DNA of 64,000 nt, taken from assembly GCF_044324875.1 (NCBI RefSeq), contig NZ_CP172185.1. One strand, 5' to 3'. The first letter of the stretch is position 1. The number at the start of each line of letters is the position of its first letter. The notes below the pieces were generated by a model. The model did no database searches, had not been told where the DNA came from, and saw nothing but the letters and a program-made list of their open reading frames with translations. Origin of the DNA: Escherichia coli (GTDB lineage: Bacteria; Pseudomonadota; Gammaproteobacteria; Enterobacterales; Enterobacteriaceae). Shown here one piece after another: positions 24,086 through 42,188 of this stretch. The translations under genes were made by a program, and so were the position numbers.

Positions 24086-27000
24086 ATGCGGATTATTTTT
24101 CTACGCAAGGAGTATTTATCTTTACTCCCGTCAATGATTGCATCTCTTTTCTCTGCTAACGGTGTCGCGGCGGTCATTGATTCATGTCAGGGATATGATA
24201 TCAAAGCGAGTTGTCACGCCAGCAGGCAAAGCCTTTCAGGCATTACGCAGGACTGGAGCATCGCCGATGGGCAATGGCTGGTTTTTTCGGATATGACCAA
24301 TAACGCCAGCGGTGGGGCCGTATTTTTGCAACAAGGAGCGGAGTTTTCTCTATCGCCAGAAAATGAAACTGGAATGACTCTGTTTTCCAATAATACTGTC
24401 TCAGGAGAATATAATAACGGCGGGGCAATATTTGCTAAAGAAAACTCAACGCTGAATCTTACTAATGTTATTTTTTCCGATAACGTTGCAGGTGGCTATG
24501 GTGGCGCAATCTATTCTTCTGGTACTAACGATACCGGTGTCGTCGATTTAAGTGTCACTAACGCCGTGTTTCGCAATAACATCGCTAATGACGGCAAAGG
24601 TGGTGGAATTTATACCATCAACAATGACGTCTATTTAAGTAAAGTTATTTTTGATAACAACCAGGCATATACATCAACAAGTTACAGTGATGGCGATGGG
24701 GGTGCAATCGATGTCACCGATAATAATAGCGATATCACGCATCCGTCAGGTTTCACAATAATAAATAACACCGCATTTACAAATAACACTGCCGAAGGTT
24801 ATGGTGGGGCAATTTATACCAATAGCGTGTCGGCTCCCTATCTTATTGATATTTCGATTGATGACAGCTACAGCCAGAACGGCGGCGTGTTAATCGATGA
24901 GAACAATAGCGCGGCAGGTTATGGGGATGGTCCTTCCACTGCGGCGGGCGGCTTTATGTATCTCGGCTTAAGTGAAGTTACCTTTGATATTGCCGACGGA
25001 AAAACGCTGGTTATCGGCAATACAGAGAATGACGGAGCTGTTGACTCTATTGCTGGTACCGGGGTAATCACCAAAACAGGTTCCGGCGATCTGGTACTTA
25101 ATGCAGATAACAATGACTTTACTGGTGAGATGCAGATAGAAAACGGTGAAGTTACCCTGGGCCGCAGCAACTCCCTGATGAATGTCGGCGATACGCATTG
25201 CCAGGACGATCCGCAAGACTGCTATGGTCTGACGATAGGGAGTATTGATCAGTATCAGAATCAGGCTGAGCTAAACGTTGGCTCGACCCAACAAACTTTT
25301 GTGCACGCATTGACGGGCTTTCAGAATGGCACTTTAAATATCGATGCTGGTGGCAACGTTACTGTTAATCAGGGCAGTTTTGCTGGCACCATCGAAGGTG
25401 CTGGTCAGCTCACCATTGCGCAAAACGGCAGCTACGTGCTGGCAGGGGCTCAGTCGATGGCGCTAACTGGCGATATAGTCGTTGATGATGGCGCGGTGCT
25501 TACGCTGGAAGGCGACGCGGCAGATCTTGCCGCTCTCCAGGACGATCCGCAGTCGATCGTGTTAAACGGCGGTGTGCTTGATCTCTCTGATTTCGCCACC
25601 TGGCAGAGCGGCACATCATACAACGATGGCCTTGCAGTCAGCGGCAGCGGCGGTACGGTTATCGGCAGTCAGGATGTGGTGGATCTCGCAGGGGGCGACA
25701 ATTTGCATATCGGCGGCGACGGGAAAGATGGCGTCTACGTGGTGATCGATGCGGGCGACGGGCTGGTTAGCCTGGCAAACAATAATAGTTACCTGGGCAC
25801 CACGCAAATCGCTTCCGGTACGCTGGTGGTGAGCGACAACTCGCAGCTTGGAGATACCCATTGCAACCGCCAGGTTATCTTTACCGATAATCAACAAGAA
25901 AGCGTGATGGAGATTACTGCCAATGTCGATACTCGCTCTACAACGACTGAGCATGGGCGTGATATTGAAATGCGCGCCGACGGTGAAGTGGCAGTTGATG
26001 CGGGGGTAGACACGCAGTGGGGCGGACTGATGGCTGACAGCAGCGGGCAGCATCAGGATGAGGGTAGCACATTGACTAAAACGGGGGCGGGTACGCTGGA
26101 ACTGACCGCCAGCGGTACGACGCAGTCGGCGGTACGTGTCGAAGAAGGCACCCTGAAAGGCGATGTTGCGGATATCTTCCCTTATGCTTCGTCGCTGTGG
26201 GTCGGTGACGGGGCAACATTCAAGACTGGCGCGGATCAGGATATTCAGTCAATTGATGCTACTTCCAGCGGCACTATCGACATCAGCGATGGTACGGTTT
26301 TGCGCCTGACCGGGCAGGATACTTCCGTCGCCCTTAATGCCTCACTGTTTAACGGCGATGGGACGCTGGTGAATGCCACCGATGGTGTGACGTTGACAGG
26401 TGAGCTTAATACCAACCTTGAAACTGACAGCCTGACTTATCTTTCCAACGTGACGGTTAATGGCAATCTGACCAATACGTCCGGTGCGGTTAGCCTGCAA
26501 AATGGCGTCGCTGGCGATACGCTGACGGTAAACGGTGATTATACCGGCGGCGGTACGCTACTGCTCGATAGCGAATTAAACGGCGATGACTCGGCAAGTG
26601 ACCAACTGGTGTTGAACGGTAATACTGCTGGCAACACGACCGTGGTAATTAATCCCATTACGGGTATTGGTGAGCCGACATCTACAGGCATTAAAGTGGT
26701 TGATTTCGCAGCTGATCCCACGCAGTTTCAAAACAATGCGCAGTTCAGTCTGGCAGGTAGTGGCTACGTCAATATGGGAGCGTATGACTACACGCTGGTG
26801 GAAGATAACAACGACTGGTATCTGCGATCGCAAGAAGTAACGCCGCCATCGCCACCTGATCCCGACCCGACTCCCGATCCTGATCCCACACCGGATCCCG
26901 ATCCAACACCCGACCCAGACCCTACGCCTGCTTACCAGCCGGTGCTGAATGCCAAAGTTGGTGGATATTTTAATAACCTGCGGGCGGCAAATCAGGCGTT

Positions 27001-27838
27001 TGTGATGGAGCGACACGATCACGCTGGTGGCAATGGTCAGACGCTGAATTTACGTGTTATCGGCGGAGATTATCATTACACAGCAGCGGGGCAACTGGCT
27101 CAGCATGAAGACACTTCTACGGTGCAGCTTAGCGGCGACTTGTTTAGCGGGCGCTGGGGCACGGATGGCGAGTGGATGCTTGGGGCGGTTGGTGGCTACA
27201 GTGATAACCAGGGCGACAGCCGCTCGAATATGACCGGAACTTGCGCCGATAACCAGAACCACGGTTATGCCGTTGGTCTGACCTCAAGCTGGTTTCAGCA
27301 CGGTAATCAGAAGCAGGGGGCCTGGCTGGATAGCTGGCTGCAATACGCGTGGTTTAACAATGATGTTTCCGAACATGAAGATGGCGCGGATCATTACCAC
27401 TCATCGGGGATTATCGCCTCGCTGGAAGCCGGGTATCAGTGGTTACCGGGGCGTGGTGTGGTGATTGAACCGCAGGCGCAGGTGATTTATCAGGGCGTGC
27501 AGCAGGATGATTTTACCGCCGCTAACCATGCGCGCGTGTCACAATCGCAGGGGGATGATATTCAGACGCGGCTGGGTTTACACAGCGAATGGCGTACCGC
27601 GGTTGGTGTCACACCAACATTAGATCTGAATTATTATCACGATCCCCATGCGACGGAAATTGAAGAAGATGGCAGCACTATCAGTGACGATGCGGTGAAG
27701 CAACGGGGTGAAATAAAAGTGGGAGTCACGGGCAATATCAGTCAGCGAGTGTCCCTGCGTGGTAACGTGGCGTGGCAGAAAGGGAGTGATGATTTTGCCC
27801 AGACGGCAGGGTTTTTGTCGATGACGGTGAAATGGTAA
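24086..27838 (+). CDS. yfaL: AIDA-type autotransporter adhesin (beta-helix passenger, Pro-rich linker, C-terminal beta-barrel)
   Basis: 1250-aa ORF with N-terminal signal, GGA(I/V)Y-type passenger repeats, a (PDPT)n linker and C-terminal barrel ending in aromatic W; a 690-bp AT-rich leader lies upstream. Confidence 0.9.
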   Translation: MRIIFLRKEYLSLLPSMIASLFSANGVAAVIDSCQGYDIKASCHASRQSLSGITQDWSIADGQWLVFSDMTNNASGGAVFLQQGAEFSLSPENETGMTLFSNNTVSGEYNNGGAIFAKENSTLNLTNVIFSDNVAGGYGGAIYSSGTNDTGVVDLSVTNAVFRNNIANDGKGGGIYTINNDVYLSKVIFDNNQAYTSTSYSDGDGGAIDVTDNNSDITHPSGFTIINNTAFTNNTAEGYGGAIYTNSVSAPYLIDISIDDSYSQNGGVLIDENNSAAGYGDGPSTAAGGFMYLGLSEVTFDIADGKTLVIGNTENDGAVDSIAGTGVITKTGSGDLVLNADNNDFTGEMQIENGEVTLGRSNSLMNVGDTHCQDDPQDCYGLTIGSIDQYQNQAELNVGSTQQTFVHALTGFQNGTLNIDAGGNVTVNQGSFAGTIEGAGQLTIAQNGSYVLAGAQSMALTGDIVVDDGAVLTLEGDAADLAALQDDPQSIVLNGGVLDLSDFATWQSGTSYNDGLAVSGSGGTVIGSQDVVDLAGGDNLHIGGDGKDGVYVVIDAGDGLVSLANNNSYLGTTQIASGTLVVSDNSQLGDTHCNRQVIFTDNQQESVMEITANVDTRSTTTEHGRDIEMRADGEVAVDAGVDTQWGGLMADSSGQHQDEGSTLTKTGAGTLELTASGTTQSAVRVEEGTLKGDVADIFPYASSLWVGDGATFKTGADQDIQSIDATSSGTIDISDGTVLRLTGQDTSVALNASLFNGDGTLVNATDGVTLTGELNTNLETDSLTYLSNVTVNGNLTNTSGAVSLQNGVAGDTLTVNGDYTGGGTLLLDSELNGDDSASDQLVLNGNTAGNTTVVINPITGIGEPTSTGIKVVDFAADPTQFQNNAQFSLAGSGYVNMGAYDYTLVEDNNDWYLRSQEVTPPSPPDPDPTPDPDPTPDPDPTPDPDPTPAYQPVLNAKVGGYFNNLRAANQAFVMERHDHAGGNGQTLNLRVIGGDYHYTAAGQLAQHEDTSTVQLSGDLFSGRWGTDGEWMLGAVGGYSDNQGDSRSNMTGTCADNQNHGYAVGLTSSWFQHGNQKQGAWLDSWLQYAWFNNDVSEHEDGADHYHSSGIIASLEAGYQWLPGRGVVIEPQAQVIYQGVQQDDFTAANHARVSQSQGDDIQTRLGLHSEWRTAVGVTPTLDLNYYHDPHATEIEEDGSTISDDAVKQRGEIKVGVTGNISQRVSLRGNVAWQKGSDDFAQTAGFLSMTVKW
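26853..26928 (+). repeat. In-frame (CCN GAY CCN ACN)n repeat encoding the (PDPT)n linker of YfaL
   Basis: Translation SPPDPDPTPDPDPTPDPDPTPDPDPTP; the DNA is a near-perfect 12-bp tandem repeat. Confidence 0.8.
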
Positions 27839-27860
27839 TCGCTGTCTGACCGGCACTATT

Positions 27861-27962
27861 GCCGGATGCGGCGTAAACGCCTTATCTGGCCTACGGGAGC
27901 ATTTGTAGGCCTGATAAGACGCGGCAAGCGTCGCATCAGGCATTGGCACGGTTGCCGGATGA
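27861..27962. repeat. REP/BIME cluster between convergent yfaL and ubiG
   Basis: gccggatgcggcgtaaacgccttatctggcctac and gcctgataagacgcggcaagcgtcgcatcaggc palindromic units. Confidence 0.7.
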
Positions 27963-27977
27963 ATCCAAACAACAACC

Positions 27978-28700
27978 TCACTTATTCTGCGTGTGCAGCA
28001 TATAGTTCACATCGACGCCGGGGCCGAGCTTAAAGGAATTAGTGATCGGGTTGTAATGCAGCCCGGTTATATGTCGCTCTTTTAAACTGGTCTGATCCAC
28101 CCAGCCCAGCAGTTCTGCCGGTTTTATAAATTTCTTCACGTCGTGCGTACCTTTGGGCACCATGCGCAAAATATATTCCGCGCCAACCACCGCCATCAGC
28201 CATGACTTGCCGTTGCGGTTAAGCGTTGAGAAAAAGACATCGCCGCCCGGTTTCACCAGTTGCGCACAGGCTCTGACCACTGACTGCGGATCGGGAACGT
28301 GCTCCAGCATCTCCATGCAGGTCACCACATCATACTGCCCGGCATGTTTTGCCGCGTGCTCTTCCACGGTTTCCTGCACGTACTCTACCTGAATGCCACT
28401 TTCCAGCGCGTGCAACTTTGCCACCTGCAATGGCTCAAAGCCCATATCCAGACCGGTCACCGTCGCGCCTTCGCGCGCCATACTCTCGGCCAGAATGCCG
28501 CCGCCACAACCGACATCGAGCACCTTTTTGCCAAATAAACCGCCAGCACGCTCGGCAATATAGCCCAGACGCAGCGGGTTAATGCGGTGCAGCGGTTTGA
28601 ACTCACCTTCAAGATCCCACCAGCGGGAGGCGACAGCTTCAAATTTAGCGATCTCTTCGTGGTCTACGTTATGGTTTACCGGCGATTTTTCGGCATTCAT
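27978..28700 (-). CDS. ubiG: Ubiquinone biosynthesis O-methyltransferase
   Basis: ORF 27978..28748; start chosen at ATG 28700 ([20 protein letters not shown]) with GGAG SD; SAM-binding motif LDVGCGGG. Confidence 0.9.
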   Translation of the reverse strand: MNAEKSPVNHNVDHEEIAKFEAVASRWWDLEGEFKPLHRINPLRLGYIAERAGGLFGKKVLDVGCGGGILAESMAREGATVTGLDMGFEPLQVAKLHALESGIQVEYVQETVEEHAAKHAGQYDVVTCMEMLEHVPDPQSVVRACAQLVKPGGDVFFSTLNRNGKSWLMAVVGAEYILRMVPKGTHDVKKFIKPAELLGWVDQTSLKERHITGLHYNPITNSFKLGPGVDVNYMLHTQNK

Positions 28701-28846
28701 TGGCACTTCTACTCCGTAATTGGCAAGACAAACGAGTATATCAGGCATTGGATGTGAATAAAGCGTATAGGTTTACCTCAAACTGCGCGGCTGTGTTATA
28801 ATTTGCGACCTTTGAATCCGGGATACAGTAGAGGGATAGCGGTTAG

Positions 28847-31474
28847 ATGAGCGACCTTGCGAGAGAAATTACACCGGTCAACATTGAGGAAGAGCTGAAG
28901 AGCTCCTATCTGGATTATGCGATGTCGGTCATTGTTGGCCGTGCGCTGCCAGATGTCCGAGATGGCCTGAAGCCGGTACACCGTCGCGTACTTTACGCCA
29001 TGAACGTACTAGGCAATGACTGGAACAAAGCCTATAAAAAATCTGCCCGTGTCGTTGGTGACGTAATCGGTAAATACCATCCCCATGGTGACTCGGCGGT
29101 TTATGACACGATCGTCCGTATGGCGCAGCCATTCTCGCTGCGTTACATGCTGGTAGACGGTCAGGGTAACTTCGGTTCCATCGACGGCGACTCTGCGGCG
29201 GCAATGCGTTATACGGAAATCCGTCTGGCGAAAATTGCCCATGAACTGATGGCCGATCTCGAAAAAGAGACGGTCGATTTCGTTGATAACTATGACGGCA
29301 CGGAAAAAATTCCGGACGTCATGCCAACCAAAATTCCTAACCTGCTGGTGAACGGTTCTTCCGGTATCGCCGTAGGTATGGCAACCAACATCCCGCCGCA
29401 CAACCTGACGGAAGTTATCAACGGTTGTCTGGCGTATATCGATGATGAAGACATCAGCATTGAAGGGCTGATGGAACACATCCCGGGGCCGGACTTCCCG
29501 ACGGCGGCAATCATCAACGGTCGTCGCGGTATTGAAGAAGCTTACCGTACCGGTCGCGGCAAGGTATATATCCGCGCCCGTGCTGAAGTGGAAGTTGACG
29601 CTAAAACCGGACGTGAAACCATTATCGTCCACGAAATTCCGTATCAGGTAAACAAAGCGCGCCTGATCGAGAAGATTGCGGAACTGGTAAAAGAAAAACG
29701 CGTGGAAGGCATCAGCGCGCTGCGTGACGAGTCTGACAAAGACGGTATGCGCATCGTGATTGAAGTGAAACGCGATGCGGTCGGTGAAGTTGTGCTTAAC
29801 AACCTCTACTCCCAGACCCAGTTGCAGGTTTCTTTCGGTATCAACATGGTGGCATTGCATCATGGTCAGCCGAAGATCATGAACCTGAAAGACATCATCG
29901 CGGCGTTTGTTCGTCACCGCCGTGAAGTGGTGACCCGTCGTACTATTTTCGAACTGCGTAAAGCTCGCGATCGTGCTCATATCCTTGAAGCATTAGCCGT
30001 GGCGCTGGCGAACATCGACCCGATCATCGAACTGATCCGTCATGCGCCGACGCCTGCAGAAGCGAAAACTGCGCTGGTGGCTAATCCGTGGCAGCTGGGC
30101 AACGTTGCCGCGATGCTCGAACGAGCGGGCGATGATGCTGCGCGTCCGGAATGGCTGGAACCAGAGTTCGGCGTGCGCGATGGTCTGTACTATCTGACCG
30201 AACAGCAAGCCCAGGCAATTCTGGATCTGCGTCTGCAGAAACTGACCGGTCTTGAGCACGAAAAACTGCTCGACGAATACAAAGAGCTGCTGGATCAGAT
30301 CGCAGAACTGCTGCGTATTCTTGGCAGTGCCGATCGTCTGATGGAAGTGATCCGCGAAGAGCTGGAACTGGTTCGTGAACAGTTCGGTGACAAACGTCGT
30401 ACTGAAATTACTGCCAACAGCGCCGACATCAACCTGGAAGATCTGATCACCCAGGAAGATGTGGTCGTGACGCTCTCTCACCAGGGCTACGTGAAGTATC
30501 AGCCGCTTTCTGAATACGAAGCGCAGCGTCGTGGCGGGAAAGGTAAATCTGCCGCACGTATTAAAGAAGAAGACTTTATCGACCGACTGCTGGTGGCGAA
30601 CACCCACGACCATATTCTGTGCTTCTCCAGCCGTGGTCGCGTCTATTCGATGAAAGTCTATCAGTTGCCGGAAGCCACTCGTGGCGCGCGCGGTCGTCCG
30701 ATCGTCAACCTGCTGCCGCTGGAGCAGGACGAACGTATCACTGCCATCCTGCCGGTGACCGAGTTTGAAGAGGGCGTGAAAGTCTTCATGGCGACCGCTA
30801 ACGGTACCGTGAAGAAAACTGTCCTCACCGAGTTCAACCGTCTGCGTACCGCCGGTAAAGTGGCGATCAAACTTGTTGAAGGCGATGAGCTGATCGGCGT
30901 TGACCTGACCAGCGGCGAAGACGAAGTAATGCTGTTCTCCGCCGAAGGTAAAGTGGTGCGCTTTAAAGAGTCTTCTGTCCGTGCGATGGGCTGCAACACC
31001 ACCGGTGTTCGCGGTATTCGTTTAGGCGAAGGCGATAAAGTCGTCTCTCTGATCGTGCCTCGTGGCGATGGCGCAATCCTCACCGCAACGCAGAACGGTT
31101 ATGGTAAACGTACCGCAGTGGCGGAATACCCGACTAAGTCGCGTGCGACGAAAGGGGTTATCTCCATCAAGGTTACCGAACGTAACGGTTTAGTGGTTGG
31201 CGCGGTGCAGGTAGATGACTGCGACCAGATCATGATGATCACCGATGCCGGTACGCTGGTACGTACTCGCGTTTCGGAAATCAGCATCGTGGGCCGTAAC
31301 ACCCAGGGCGTGATCCTCATCCGTACTGCGGAAGATGAAAACGTAGTGGCTCTGCAACGTGTTGCTGAACCGGTTGACGAGGAAGATCTGGATACCATCG
31401 ACGGCAGTGCCGCGGAAGGGGACGATGAAATCGCTCCGGAAGTGGACGTTGACGACGAGCCAGAAGAAGAATAA
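28847..31474 (+). CDS. gyrA: DNA gyrase subunit A
   Basis: 875-aa [50 protein letters not shown]...; QRDR reads [11 protein letters not shown] (Ser83 and Asp87 wild type); acidic C-terminal tail. Confidence 0.97.
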   Translation: MSDLAREITPVNIEEELKSSYLDYAMSVIVGRALPDVRDGLKPVHRRVLYAMNVLGNDWNKAYKKSARVVGDVIGKYHPHGDSAVYDTIVRMAQPFSLRYMLVDGQGNFGSIDGDSAAAMRYTEIRLAKIAHELMADLEKETVDFVDNYDGTEKIPDVMPTKIPNLLVNGSSGIAVGMATNIPPHNLTEVINGCLAYIDDEDISIEGLMEHIPGPDFPTAAIINGRRGIEEAYRTGRGKVYIRARAEVEVDAKTGRETIIVHEIPYQVNKARLIEKIAELVKEKRVEGISALRDESDKDGMRIVIEVKRDAVGEVVLNNLYSQTQLQVSFGINMVALHHGQPKIMNLKDIIAAFVRHRREVVTRRTIFELRKARDRAHILEALAVALANIDPIIELIRHAPTPAEAKTALVANPWQLGNVAAMLERAGDDAARPEWLEPEFGVRDGLYYLTEQQAQAILDLRLQKLTGLEHEKLLDEYKELLDQIAELLRILGSADRLMEVIREELELVREQFGDKRRTEITANSADINLEDLITQEDVVVTLSHQGYVKYQPLSEYEAQRRGGKGKSAARIKEEDFIDRLLVANTHDHILCFSSRGRVYSMKVYQLPEATRGARGRPIVNLLPLEQDERITAILPVTEFEEGVKVFMATANGTVKKTVLTEFNRLRTAGKVAIKLVEGDELIGVDLTSGEDEVMLFSAEGKVVRFKESSVRAMGCNTTGVRGIRLGEGDKVVSLIVPRGDGAILTATQNGYGKRTAVAEYPTKSRATKGVISIKVTERNGLVVGAVQVDDCDQIMMITDAGTLVRTRVSEISIVGRNTQGVILIRTAEDENVVALQRVAEPVDEEDLDTIDGSAAEGDDEIAPEVDVDDEPEEE

Positions 31475-31622
31475 TTTTACTTCTTCATGCCAAAAGGGAG
31501 CTATCTCCCTTGTTTGAATTGAAAAGTCCAGGCTGCAAAGTCTGGGCTTTTGTCGTATTAGGGCGCGGTAAAGTTTTGCTGTGCTCGTAAAAAATGGCTG
31601 GCTTTACACAAGGAATGTGGCA

Positions 31623-38469
<6,847 letters not shown>

Positions 38470-40119
38470 GTGAACTGGCGCAGAATCGTCTGGCTATTGG
38501 CGTTGGTTACTCTGCCAACGCTTGCGGAGGAGACGCCGTTACAACTGGTGCTGCGCGGTGCGCAGCACGATCAACTGTATCAGCTGTCGTCATCAGGCGT
38601 GACCAAAGTCTCAGCATTACCTGACACTCTCACCACGCCGTTAGGGAGTTTGTGGAAACTGTATGTTTACGCCTGGCTGGAGGATACCCATCAACCGGAG
38701 CAGCCCTACCAGTGTCGTGGAAACTCCCCGGAAGAGGTTTATTGTTGTCAGGCTGGGGAGAGCATAACGCGCGATACCGCGCTGGTACGTTCCTGTGGGC
38801 TCTATTTTGCGCCGCAGCGGTTGCATATTAGCGCAGATGTGTGGGGGCAATACTGGCAACAGCGTCAGGCACCTGCGTGGTTAGCGTCTCTTACTACGCT
38901 GAAGCCAGAAACCTCGGTAACGGTTAAATCACTGCTTGATTCATTAGCGACGTTACCCGCGCAAAACAAAGCTCAGGAAGTCTTACTGGATGTGGTGCTG
39001 GACGAGGCGAAAATCGGTGTCGCATCCATGCTCGGTAGTCGGGTACGGGTGAAAACCTGGAGCTGGTTTGCCGATGATAAACAGGAAATCCGTCAGGGTG
39101 GTTTTGCCGGCTGGTTAACCGATGGTTCACCGCTGTGGGTTACTGGCAGTGGCACCAGCAAAACGGTACTAACCCGTTATGCGACGGTGCTTAATCGGGT
39201 TTTGCCAGTGCCGACGCAGGTTGCCAGTGGGCAATGTGTAGAGGTGGAGCTGTTTGCCCGCTATCCGCTGAAGAAAATCACAGCGGAAAAGAGTACGACG
39301 GCAGTAAAACCCGGCGTACTTAATGGGCGCTATCGTGTGACATTTGCCAATGGTAACCACATTACGTTTGTCAGCCACGGTGAGACGACCTTACTGAGCG
39401 AAAAGGGCAAACTGAAATTGCAGTCGCATCTTGATCGTGAAGAGTACGTTGCCAGAGTTCTGGATCGCGAGGCGAAAAGTACGCCCCCTGAGGCAGCGAA
39501 AGCCATGACCGTGGCGATTCGCACTTTTTTACAGCAAAACGCCAATCGGGAAGGCGATTGCCTGACCATCCCCGACAGTAGCGCCACGCAGCGTGTTTCT
39601 GCTTCGCCAGCGACCACGGGGGCGCGAACGATGACCGCCTGGACGCAGGATCTTATCTATGCGGGCGATCCGGTTCATTATCATGGCAGTCGCGCTACCG
39701 AAGGGACGCTTTCCTGGCGGCAAGCCACGGCCCAGGCGGGGCAGGGAGAGCGTTACGATCAGATACTCGCATTTGCTTATCCCGACAATAGCCTTAGCCG
39801 CTGGGGAGCGCCGCGCTCAACCTGCCAGTTATTACCCAAAGCGAAAGCCTGGCTGGCGAAAAAAATGCCGCAGTGGCGGCGTATATTACAAGGCGAGACG
39901 GGGTACAACGAACCAGACGTGTTTGCGGTCTGTCGTTTAGTCTCAGGTTTCCCCTATACCGATCGGCAGCAGAAACGGCTGTTTATTCGTAACTTCTTTA
40001 CGCTTCAGGATCGGCTGGATTTAACCCATGAGTATCTGCACCTGGCCTTTGATGGTTATCCCACCGGGCTTGATGAGAACTATATCGAAACGCTGACCCG
40101 ACAATTATTAATGGACTAA
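38470..40119 (+). CDS. yfaQ: YfaQ family protein (DUF2300-like), signal peptide
   Basis: 549-aa ORF starting at GTG immediately after the yfaS stop (TAA-GTG); N-terminus MNWRRIVWLLALVTLPTLA. Confidence 0.8.
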   Translation: MNWRRIVWLLALVTLPTLAEETPLQLVLRGAQHDQLYQLSSSGVTKVSALPDTLTTPLGSLWKLYVYAWLEDTHQPEQPYQCRGNSPEEVYCCQAGESITRDTALVRSCGLYFAPQRLHISADVWGQYWQQRQAPAWLASLTTLKPETSVTVKSLLDSLATLPAQNKAQEVLLDVVLDEAKIGVASMLGSRVRVKTWSWFADDKQEIRQGGFAGWLTDGSPLWVTGSGTSKTVLTRYATVLNRVLPVPTQVASGQCVEVELFARYPLKKITAEKSTTAVKPGVLNGRYRVTFANGNHITFVSHGETTLLSEKGKLKLQSHLDREEYVARVLDREAKSTPPEAAKAMTVAIRTFLQQNANREGDCLTIPDSSATQRVSASPATTGARTMTAWTQDLIYAGDPVHYHGSRATEGTLSWRQATAQAGQGERYDQILAFAYPDNSLSRWGAPRSTCQLLPKAKAWLAKKMPQWRRILQGETGYNEPDVFAVCRLVSGFPYTDRQQKRLFIRNFFTLQDRLDLTHEYLHLAFDGYPTGLDENYIETLTRQLLMD

Positions 40120-40123
40120 TGCT

Positions 40124-40900
40124 ATGCGAAAGATTTTTCTTCCGTTGTTACTGGTGGCGCTTTCGCCTGTCGCTCACAGTGAAGGTGTGCAGGAAGTCGA
40201 GATTGATGCACCGCTCTCTGGCTGGCATCCGGCAGAGGGCGAAGATGCCAGTTTTTCACAATCGCTCAATTACCCGGCGTCGTCCGTCAACATGGCAGAT
40301 GATCAAAATATCTCAGCGCAGATCCGCGGCAAAATAAAGAATTATGCTGCGGCGGGTAAAGTTCAGCAGGGCCGGCTGGTGGTCAACGGTGCCAGTATGC
40401 CGCAGAGAATTGAATCCGATGGTTCATTTGCACGCCCTTATATTTTTACTGAAGGCAGCAACAGCGTGCAGGTCATCAGCCCAGATGGGCAAAGCCGACA
40501 AAAAATGCAGTTTTACTCAACGCCGGGCGCTGGAGTGATCCGCGCGCGTTTACGGCTGGTTCTCTCCTGGGATACGGACAATACCGACCTCGACCTTCAC
40601 GTTGTTACACCTGATGGCGAACACGCCTGGTACGGTAACACCGTGCTGAAAAACAGTGGTGCACTGGATATGGATGTCACGACGGGGTACGGCCCCGAGA
40701 TTTTCGCCATGCCAGCGCCGATTCACGGACGTTATCAGGTGTATATAAACTACTATGGCGGACGCAGCGAAACGGAATTAACCACCGCCCAACTGACGCT
40801 GATCACTGATGAAGGATCGGTCAATGAGAAACAGGAAACTTTCATTGTACCGATGCGTAATGCTGGCGAGTTGACGCTGGTGAAAAGTTTTGACTGGTGA
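40124..40900 (+). CDS. yfaP: YfaP family protein (DUF2135-like), signal peptide
   Basis: 258-aa ORF MRKIFLPLLLVALSPVAHS, 4 nt after the yfaQ stop; last gene of the cassette. Confidence 0.8.
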   Translation: MRKIFLPLLLVALSPVAHSEGVQEVEIDAPLSGWHPAEGEDASFSQSLNYPASSVNMADDQNISAQIRGKIKNYAAAGKVQQGRLVVNGASMPQRIESDGSFARPYIFTEGSNSVQVISPDGQSRQKMQFYSTPGAGVIRARLRLVLSWDTDNTDLDLHVVTPDGEHAWYGNTVLKNSGALDMDVTTGYGPEIFAMPAPIHGRYQVYINYYGGRSETELTTAQLTLITDEGSVNEKQETFIVPMRNAGELTLVKSFDW

Positions 40901-40933
40901 TTAATGGGGTTACCTTCGCCGTCGATGTTCAAG

Positions 40934-40968
40934 AAAACACCCGATAACTTTCGCTATCGGGTGTTTTT
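40934..40968. terminator. Bidirectional rho-independent terminator between yfaP (+) and atoB (-)
   Basis: aaaacacccgataactttcgctatcgggtgttttt: hairpin flanked by A-run and T-run. Confidence 0.7.
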
Positions 40969-40973
40969 ATTGA

Positions 40974-42158
40974 TTAATTCAACCGTTCAATCACCATCGC
41001 AATTCCCTGGCCGCCACCAATGCACAGTGTTGCCAGCCCCAGCGTTTTATCGCGTGCCTGCATGGCATGTAATAGTGTGACCAGAATACGAGCACCACTG
41101 GCACCGATAGGATGCCCGAGCGCGATGGCCCCGCCGTTGACATTCACTTTCTCAGAATCAAAGCCCAGGGTTTTCCCAACGGCAAGGAACTGTGCAGCAA
41201 ATGCTTCATTAGCCTCAATGAGATCAATATCCGCCAGTTGCAGCCCCGCCAGTTGTAACGCTTTTTGCGTGGCAGGTACTGGCCCCATACCCATCAATGC
41301 GGGGGGCACGCCACCGCTGGCATAACTTTTAATGCGAGCCAGGGGGGTAAGGCCTGCTGCCAGCGCCGCAGATTCTTCCATAATCACCAGAGCGGCAGCA
41401 CCGTCGTTAATACCAGACGCGTTCCCGGCGGTGACTGTTCCTGCTTTATCGAAGGCCGGGCGCAACGCGCCTAACGCTTCAGTCGTAGAATCCGCTTTCG
41501 GGAATTCGTCTTGACTGAAGACGAAGGTTTTCTTCCGAGTGACAACATTTACCGGGACGATTTCGGCTGTAAAAGCACCGGACTCAATTGCGGCTGCCGC
41601 TTTACGCTGTGAATGTAGCGCCAGTTCATCCTGCATTTCTCGGGTAATTCCGTACTCTTTGGCCACGTTCTCGGCGGTAATCCCCATATGATAACCATGG
41701 GTGGCGCACATCAGACCATCGCGCAGGATTACGTCATAAACCTGTCCGTCTCCAAGACGATAACCAGAGCGTGCTTTTGCATCGAGTAAGTAGGGCGCTA
41801 AACTCATATTTTCCATACCCCCCGCCACAATGCTTTGCGCCTGACCTGCCTGAATTGCCTGGGCGGCAAGCGCCACACTTTTAAGACCCGAACCACACAC
41901 TTTATTGACCGTGAATCCGCACACCGTTTCTGCCAGCCCGCTTTTTAACAGTGCCTGACGTGCCGGATTTTGCCCCAACCCGGCTTGCAACACGTTACCC
42001 ATAATCACTTCATCAATGTGTAGTGAATCGATTTTTGCACGTTCAATGGCGGCTTTAATTACTGTCGCCCCCAGGTCGATGGCGCTGGTGGAAGCGAGTG
42101 AACCGTTAAAACTACCGATAGCAGTACGTACCGCACTGACGATGACACAATTTTTCAT
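40974..42158 (-). CDS. atoB: Acetyl-CoA acetyltransferase (thiolase II)
   Basis: 394-aa [24 protein letters not shown]... with thiolase active-site Cys; C-terminus [16 protein letters not shown]. Confidence 0.9.
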   Translation of the reverse strand: MKNCVIVSAVRTAIGSFNGSLASTSAIDLGATVIKAAIERAKIDSLHIDEVIMGNVLQAGLGQNPARQALLKSGLAETVCGFTVNKVCGSGLKSVALAAQAIQAGQAQSIVAGGMENMSLAPYLLDAKARSGYRLGDGQVYDVILRDGLMCATHGYHMGITAENVAKEYGITREMQDELALHSQRKAAAAIESGAFTAEIVPVNVVTRKKTFVFSQDEFPKADSTTEALGALRPAFDKAGTVTAGNASGINDGAAALVIMEESAALAAGLTPLARIKSYASGGVPPALMGMGPVPATQKALQLAGLQLADIDLIEANEAFAAQFLAVGKTLGFDSEKVNVNGGAIALGHPIGASGARILVTLLHAMQARDKTLGLATLCIGGGQGIAMVIERLN

Positions 42159-42188
42159 TTTTTATTCCTTCTGTCTGTAGGGTTGCCG

